64,000 nt of DNA from Pseudovirgaria hyperparasitica (taxonomy: Eukaryota): the NCBI GenBank assembly GCA_010093815.1, contig ML996574.1; one strand, written 5' to 3'. The notes under the pieces were generated by a model that saw nothing but the letters and a program-made list of their open reading frames with translations, did no database searches and had not been told where the DNA came from. Made by a program: the position numbers and the translations under genes. Shown here piece by piece: positions 56,089 through 64,000 of the stretch. The stretch's first letter is position 1. Every line of letters starts with the position of its first letter.

Positions 56089-58365
56089 TGCAGCAGCTGT
56101 AGGTCGAATTCGACGTGAATTGAAAATAGAATAGATAGAAATGTATAGTCGGAAGGTATGAGGGCTGTAGAAGAGACACAGGTAGAGTCAAGAGTGTAAG
56201 AGGGGAGGGAGTAGGATAGACTCTTTATCAAATGGTGGGGGAATCTCGAGCTGAAGCCGGCAATGGTGGCACGGCTGGAAGACAGGCAACGTGGGAAGGT
56301 ACGACGTGGATGATTAGCGGGGGTGACTGCTCAGTTGGTACTGAAAGGCTGCCCAGACGCTTTCAAGCTCAGCTTTCCCCAAATTCAAGCTTTTTAGCTC
56401 CCTGCAACATCTACACACCACCTGCATCCATCCCCAGCTTTTACTTCCTCCTCACCTTGCGGCATGGGGTTTATTTATATGTCCTTACATACTTCCTAAG
56501 CCTCCAGCGGACTCGTCGTGCCTAACGAATCGAACGCTTGCCCACTGCGTACATTGGACGATGTTACGATATACCCGGTACTCATCGTCATAGCACCTAG
56601 AGAGAGAGAACGCACTGCTGCGGCACCACCCATGCTCGTTCTCGCCCTTCAGGCACAAAGGTTTCAGACGCACGAGTACCACAGCTATACCTCACTCAGT
56701 ATTCCGGCATCTGAGATAGGGCCGTCGAGTGCATGCCTGGCACGCTAATGTAAGATGTGGCATTGCACCAGGAGAGTTTTGCTCGCACCCATTGGCCCGG
56801 GGCATGCGTGGCCTACTGATGGTGCTGATGGTAAGCCAGCTTGTGGTCTTTATAACGCACCTCCAACTCGACGTGGTCCTGTCTTTATGCTGAGCTTGCG
56901 AGATAGAGGGAGTACCGAGAGGAAGAGGGAATACTGCGAGGACGAGGCACAGATCTGACGGAGCCGTGCAATGCAGACGCGGATGCAGACGCAGATGCAG
57001 ACAGCTTTCAGCACAGCACGTCTGAAGAACACTCTGATCAATTTGAACACGGCTTCAAGGCTGAGAAGTCGTGAAGTTATCGCCACGTAGCCATTCATAC
57101 TGCCCTAGCAGTGGTACGAGTGAAATCCTCGCAGGAATCTACACACCTCACGACTTCCACACCGCCATTCCATGGTCCCGCCCCAGTTGGCACAAGCATA
57201 AGCATCTCAGCCCGCTGCCCCTAACGTTCAATGGACCGCTGCTGGTGTACTGCGGGCGGCCTAAATGCCGCGACGCTCGATCCGGTCCGTCCGAAACCTT
57301 CACAGACACTGACACAGACGTAGACGTAGACGCGAACACAGACCTCCCCGAGTGACGGACGTCGAAACGCAGTCTCGGAGTCCCGCGGCTCACCAGGACT
57401 ACGTCCCAAAGCCCCGGGGTGCGCCTGAGTGAATGCGCCATAAACGCTAATGCTTTTCCACGCGCGCTAACACCGGGATGCGATCCGGGCGGCTCAGGGA
57501 CAGCACGTCTACGTCCTCAGCACCTATTCTCGAATCCACTAATACCTATGCACTTCTGCCGCTCATACCAGGCCATGTTATGGCGTCATTACATATTCAC
57601 AGGTAGTCGTGTAGAAAGGTGGACGCTAATCCCGAGTAGGCACTAAAGTTTTCCCTGGTTAGACATCAACTTTCGAAATGACCTATCTTACCTACAGGGA
57701 ACCTGAGTAGGCTTCGTAATGAAATACGCGTCGAGGGGTTAAGCGTTATTAGGCCGACATCCATACGACAGCTATCACGGACCCTCACGTCAACAGAACA
57801 CTACACAGACACCTCTCAGTCCTCACACTCCCCACATATCCTCACATACCAACATACCAGATAATATAAACATCCTAACTCTCCACCAAAGCACAAGCCC
57901 TTCCCTCGTGCCCCAACATGCATAAGCCAGTTTCAACCCCCTCATGGCGTCGATCCTGATCCTGATCCTCATCCTGATCCATCCTTCGCATGGCAAATTC
58001 CGCTTCCTTCCCTCCTTGCGATCCATCCATCCTTCATTTATTATCTCACAGAGCCCCTTCCTTCTTGAGTCATGCTATGCAGATCCAAGTACTTCTCGTA
58101 TACCATGACTCGACCGAATAATATCTGCATAGGTATTTCGCTTAGAAAGTCAAGTCTATTCCCTCCCCTTTCAGAAAAAGAAAAAAGTGAGGCTGCAGCT
58201 GGCGGCATGCCTATTTCTCCTTGAACCGGCTGGGGTAATTAGCCACGTGGATTTTTAATTACGCTTGTTCAGCTTGTAGGTTAGCTTGTATAAGCTTTGT
58301 TTTGCATGTTTGTTTAATACGTATTCTTCGTATTCTGCATTGTCTTGTTCTACAGTGGCTGCTTT

Positions 58366-58400
58366 CGCTTCTGCTTCTGCTTCTGCGTCTACATCTACAT
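58366..58400. repeat. Degenerate hexamer microsatellite (GCTTCT/ACATCT)
   Basis: cgcttctgcttctgcttctgcgtctacatctacat. Similar degenerate hexamer runs occur at about 56972-57002 and 57952-57979. Confidence 0.7.
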
Positions 58401-59175
58401 TTGCACAGACAGTCACGTACCGCGGAGAGAATATATACGATGTGTTGTATGTATAGTGCAGCACTATACCTTGCGAACCGAAGACAGTAGAGCAGTGCGC
58501 ACGCAGGACACCCCTAACAGCCCCCTTCTGTTTCCCATAAGGTCGCCTGGAGATGTACAGTGAGGGGGATCATTAATCCAGGGACACTTCGCTGCCTGCT
58601 TGAAATGCGCCTGACATGTCCCCAGTACATTTTCCTAGTGCCGTAGCTTTTCTAAGTTTGACTATGTGATGCTCAGCATAGCATTCGCTATACGCTGCGC
58701 TGTACTCGTGTTTCTCATTCATCATGCCACATGCTGCATACATGGCTCCATACACTATACACATACATACGTATATATCTTGCATAGGTAGCTATAATGG
58801 TATATAGTTCCAGCGTCACCATCACCATCGTCAATTTTTTGGGAGCTTGACACACCGCGTGATTAAAGCTTATATGTTCATATCACACTCTTTGACAGAG
58901 AACAACGCCTCGCAATGCCAGTCCTTTCCCCTCTTCCGCTCTGTCCATCTCTCTCTCTGCTCCCTCTTTTTCCAGCACCGCACATCCCGAACGCCAAAAA
59001 TGCACTCATCCATCCATCCATCCAGCCCACTCATAAGTCAAAGAAAAAAGAATATATTCTAGCCCGAGTTCGCCCAAAGCGGCGGGGTATCATGAGAATT
59101 GAAAACGTACAGTGCAAAAAAAAGGGGTTGAGGCGGGGGGCCGCGGTGAACAAATCATACAAGAAGGAGCGAGAA

Positions 59176-62128
59176 TTAGATGATATTCGCAATACTGATG
59201 CGGGAGGCTGTGCTCGGGCTTGTTGTCGAGGAAATGGGTGACTGCTGCGTCAGGGGCGTGCTTGCAGATACGGGTGTGGGTGCGGATTGTTTCGGCACGA
59301 CGACTGCAGCGGCGGTGGTGGACACCGGGGGTTCGAGATGGAGACGTTTGTGCGGGTTATGTGCCGGTGAATAGTACGTTGCGGACGGGGGATGGAGAGG
59401 GATGACGGGCGATTCGGCGGCGTCGAGCGGGCGCGTATGCAGTCTCGGGACGGCGTGAACAGCAGCGGCGGCGGCGGTAGCAACGTCCAGCGCGCGTTTC
59501 TGGGCTTGGAGGTCGCGCATCTTGGCCATGAGCTTGTCCCAGCCCTTCCATTCTTTGATTTCGGTGTCTGAGAGGAGGGCGGTGGAGCGTGGGTGGTTGT
59601 GGTGGTGATGGTGGTGGTGGGTGTCGATAGATGCAGAGTCTGCTTGCGGCGGAGGCGGAGGGGGCGCGGTGAAGCGCGGGTTTGATTCTTGGTCTATCCA
59701 GATCCATGCGGTGTCTGGGTTGGCTTGCATGTCTGCGGCGGCGTAGGCAAGCATTTCTTCGTCCTGGTCCATCCGATGGCCTGGTGATAGTCGGTCCGGG
59801 AGCATGCCAAGAAAGAACCAGATGTTGCGGCCACAGGCGATGTTGATTGGGTGGATGTCGCCAATGGCGGTGCTTGCTTCGAGGCAGATCAACGCGTTTT
59901 CGAAGTCGAGATTGAAGCAGAGGAGCAGGGTGCATCGCCAGAGGTGTGTACATAGCATGCTTGGGGCTGCATCTGCTAGTTGTTTGGCCCATTGTCGCAT
60001 GTATGCTTGTATGGCGCCTGGAGAGCCGTGTGGTGACCCGCTCTGGGAGCGTCTAATGTAGTCGACCGTGTCTAATGCTACGCTTTGGCATCTGCTAAGT
60101 GCGTCGAGTCGTTCGCCATATTGCTTGGAGGAAATATTCAGTCGATACAGGCTGAGTCGCGCGCTTTGAAGACTCAGGGCTGGGAATAACGAAGACGGAT
60201 CTAGATAGGTGGCGGAGCGGGCTTGGAAAGGGGGTGGCATCTTCGACAGGATTTGGTTGAAGTAATCGTCATACTCATGCAACGTTTTTGCGTCGATCGA
60301 GGTGTGTCTTTTGACCAATGTCTTTCTTAATTGTCCCACGAAACGAACCACCCAGGTCAGCATTGTGTAGTTCCAAAACGATATGTCTCGCGGAGTAACG
60401 AAAATGTCGACATGTGGCGGAACCACGAAACGATCGTCGAATGACTTTGGAAATATTACGTTACATTCATCGTCGCTGATTAGCAGAGGTCGACCAATCT
60501 CAAGACATTGTAGTCTGTGTGGTCTACTGTTAGCGTGCTTCATAGCTAGGTTCGTCGAATTGCACACTGACCTGTCCCATGTGTAGATTGACCACCACAC
60601 GCGCCATGATTCATCAACACTAGCCGCCACAAGCGACTCATCCTGCCGATGTAATCCTAGTTCCACAGCCACTCTCACTGCTGTCGCCAGCCACGTCGAG
60701 GCGGCCGTCTTGAGGCCAATCTCATGCATGTATATGCTCAAAAGGAGTGCTATCCGGGCATGGTCCAGAGTGAAGTCGTCAGTCCATGAAGAAAAAGCCT
60801 TAGCTGCCTCATCAATGTATCGTTGACCATCAGAGTCCTGTTGAACAGACTTTGCACTGCCGTCTACTCTGTGCAAGCATCCACATCCCAGAACTGCGAA
60901 TACGAGTGCCAGCCAGATATGAGACATTCGATGATGATAAGCGCTATGGTAGGCCTTGTCAAGATCCTTAAGAAGCTCTTGAAAATCGATTGCAGGCGTA
61001 ATTGCGTGAATCGAAGCATAATAGTGCCCGATCAGACGGTCGACTGTCAATCTAGGAGGTAACGGAGGAGGAGAATGCTGATAAAAAGCGAAGTTTGCAA
61101 CGCCCTGTCGATTTGGTGCAGGAGGTTTGTAGATTCCATGTCCCCATATACGCGCATTCCTTTGGACGTGAGCAAGATTCTGTGGTGGTGAAGACTGTGT
61201 CGCTCGTCGAGGTTTGACCACTGCCACATCCGGCAGCTCTAGTGCTTCAGAACTGTCTGAACCACGTCCATTTGAGGTACGCTTTAGCTCAATTATTTCA
61301 CTCTTTGCTGCCTCAAGCTGGGTATGAAGGTCTTGCACCTGTCTACATCGCAAATGATCAGTGCTTGCTTTGTCCTTTATGTCAGAATACTTACTTTATT
61401 GACGACATCCGGCGATTCGTCTCTTTCGTAAACTGGCATTTGACACCACGTTGATGGCATTCTGAACAGCTCGACGTCTCTGTAGCGTCGCACTGTGGAA
61501 ATATTAGTCCTCGTCCGACATTTTACAAGTGACACGGCTCTAATGTGTGGGCTACGACCATCAGATATAGTGGCAAACAGCCAATGTATTTGCAAAGGCC
61601 CAGAGGTGCAATACAAAGAAGCAAAATCAAAGCACGAATTCTTCAAACTGCCAAACTCGCAGCAGAAGTACGAAGAGCAGATTTGAGGAGTGGGTATAAT
61701 ACTTAGGTACTTACTTTGACTTTGCGTTCGCGACAGGCATCGCAGCTGGGGTCCTTCCGTCTCTGGCGATATGCTCTTTTCTGGGCGGAAAGACTTGCTG
61801 CAAGGTGGGTCTGTGAGATTCCTGAGCCAGGAAATGGTGCTTCTCCAGGAGGAATATGATCCTGCAATGCCCCAGAACCGGCGCTGCCCGACATCGATAG
61901 GGCTCCATATTGATGAAGATACTGTGGAGTGCCAATGTTGCCTGGAGAGCGCGGAATGGGATGCTGATGGGGCGGAGGTGGCGGAGGAAGACTGGGAGCA
62001 AACATCCCAGGTGGTGGAGGTCGTATCAATGACTGAGGCGAAGGATGGGAAGTGTCTGTCGAAGAATCATGACTCGGAGTTGGACGATGGTGGGAGTTGC
62101 GACCGAATGGATTTGCTGGTCCATCCAT
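59176..62128 (-). CDS. Zn(II)2Cys6 transcription factor with Fungal_trans domain
   Basis: Exons 62128-61715, 61492-61395, 61342-60572 and 60514-59176. [37 protein letters not shown] zinc cluster, middle homology region (AVELGLHR...[12 protein letters not shown]), poly-His tract and C-terminal RISIANII. Confidence 0.92.
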
Positions 62129-64000
62129 GTTGAAGTTTCAGAGGAACGACAACAGAAGATATCGGCCGTCCAGGTATCATTCAAGGACGCTGTTCGGTAG
62201 CAACCGAACGTGCAACCCTTTACCAGAGGTCTGGAGAGGCTCGGGAACGTTGAGGGGGCGAGGCCAATTAGAAGTAAGATCTTTTCAGAGCATGACTTGA
62301 GGCCAGTGCGGTGGATTAGTGGAGCCAAACACGAGAGACCAGGGGATCTCAGACAGAACGGCGGGATCGCGGTTGGACTAAGATTAGTTGCAGGTACCGG
62401 CGGCAGCGCGGAGACGACCAGATGGCTGGGATGTAGAAGACTAGAAGTCGGTGAGGCAAAGTGATTGAGGTGGAGTGCACAACAGTCCAAACTCCACCGA
62501 CGCCCGGGCAGAATGACCTGTGAGTGGTGCAAGCTGATCAACACTATTGCGACCAGAACCGAATGATGCCGGATTTGACCGAATGGAGGACGGTCCGGAA
62601 GGTAATGCAGGGAGAACAGGCAGGGTTCTTCTTTGGTCTGTTTAGACGGGCGTAGAACGGCAGATGTAGATGTCGTTTCATAGATCCAAGATCAAAAAGT
62701 GCTGTCCAGAATACGGCGTGTTGGATAGATTATGGTATGGTCAATTGAATGGACATCAGCCTTTTTTAGCAGAGCCTTGATCGTACGGAAGCAAACAGTA
62801 TGTATGTGAGAAGGACGAATGAAGTTGCACAAGCATACCACACCTGTCTCTAATCTAGTTACCTGCTGAGGAAGGTTCGACAAGGCTTAAGGGAGTAGAG
62901 TGGGATAGTTGGGCTTGCAAAGTACGTAGAAGTGACGCAGACTGCGGCAGTGTAGTGTCAATTCATTGGCCCAGTAATAAAAAGCGTCACTGAGTATAAA
63001 GGAAATAATAACAAAAATAAGAGGTCAGCCAAGTAGCCCTCCCGTCAAGTATGGTTAAGCGAGGGTGACCAGCATGCAAAAAGTACGGAAACTACACAAG
63101 GGTGATCGTACATGTTTGTGGCGTCTCTGGATCTTTCACGCGCCACAACGTAGCAGGGACAGCAGGGGGGAGGGGGGAGGAAAAGGGATATCGGGATAGG
63201 GCTGTAAATAGATAACCCCACGACCGTGCTCTTTCTGTGACGGCCATGACAACATGATCAAGAAAGGCTTCACACATAGACGCCACATGAACTGGTACAC
63301 CTTCCAGCATTGCTGTTCTTGATACTGGGCTGCAAGACGTGTATCTTCGCCTGATGGACAGACCATCGAAGCTTCCGCGTTCTGAGACCTGTTTGTCTTG
63401 GCAGGAGTTGTATGCACGATTGGGGATTACTACCGGCGGAACATCCGAGTTCTGTGACATGTCGACCTAAGGCTCTACTTAGCATTTCCGCTGGTGGATC
63501 CCTTTTTTCGCACGGGGGAAGGGGGAGGGGGACGGCTGGATGTGCATAACGAAGGAATCGTTTCGTTTCAACCGATCCGGCAGCGCGTCGCCCGAGCGGG
63601 ACTTGCCTGTCGATCTTACTACCGAACACCTATTATATAGAAATATAGATATCGTACAGAGAAAACATACAAGAAACAGCACTTGCACCGATATCAGGCA
63701 TTTCATTGCTGACGTACAGAGGAAGTAGATAGGCTTGAAAGGGACTTGGATCATGGATTGACTAGCACACCAAGTATCTGCGCGAATGCGTGTTCTTCGC
63801 TCAAATCGTACCAAAGCCAAGAACAATCTCATGCTTATGCATCGTTCGAGTTCTGTGAGTGCATGTGGCGTGGATGCAGGTCAGTTGCAGCCTAAGGACG
63901 GCCGCCATTACTCCGGGCTAAGGCACACGCTGTAGGTTTTACCATTCATACTTTCAGGCATCAACAGCGCTTTCCCAATCCTTCATTTCCCTAATTATTA

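Overview
Eukaryotic, intron-containing DNA from a filamentous ascomycete (Pezizomycotina; class not determinable from sequence alone). Recognisable protein genes: a Csi2/Prm5-like membrane protein, a small lineage-type protein kinase, a TBC-domain protein, an 11-exon telomerase reverse transcriptase (TERT), a RhoGEF-BAR-SH3 protein, an APH-family phosphotransferase, a CDF metal transporter, UCH37, two Zn2Cys6 transcription factors, transportin/Kap104, Sec63, a GNAT acetyltransferase, glutamate decarboxylase and one hypothetical gene. There is also a U6 snRNA gene with TATA, A-box and downstream B-box. The 1.7-9 kb stretch is a decayed accessory tract that includes a probable SRR1-like pseudogene. 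The most unexplained signal is a ~2.1 kb interval without a credible protein gene (about 33.8-35.9 kb), divergent from UCH37. It is densely tiled with nested hairpins whose G-U pairs favour the + strand and it carries splice signals, making it a candidate long structured ncRNA. It resembles fungal telomerase RNA in size and 3' architecture but lacks a canonical template. Exon boundaries and base pairings were read by eye and not computed.
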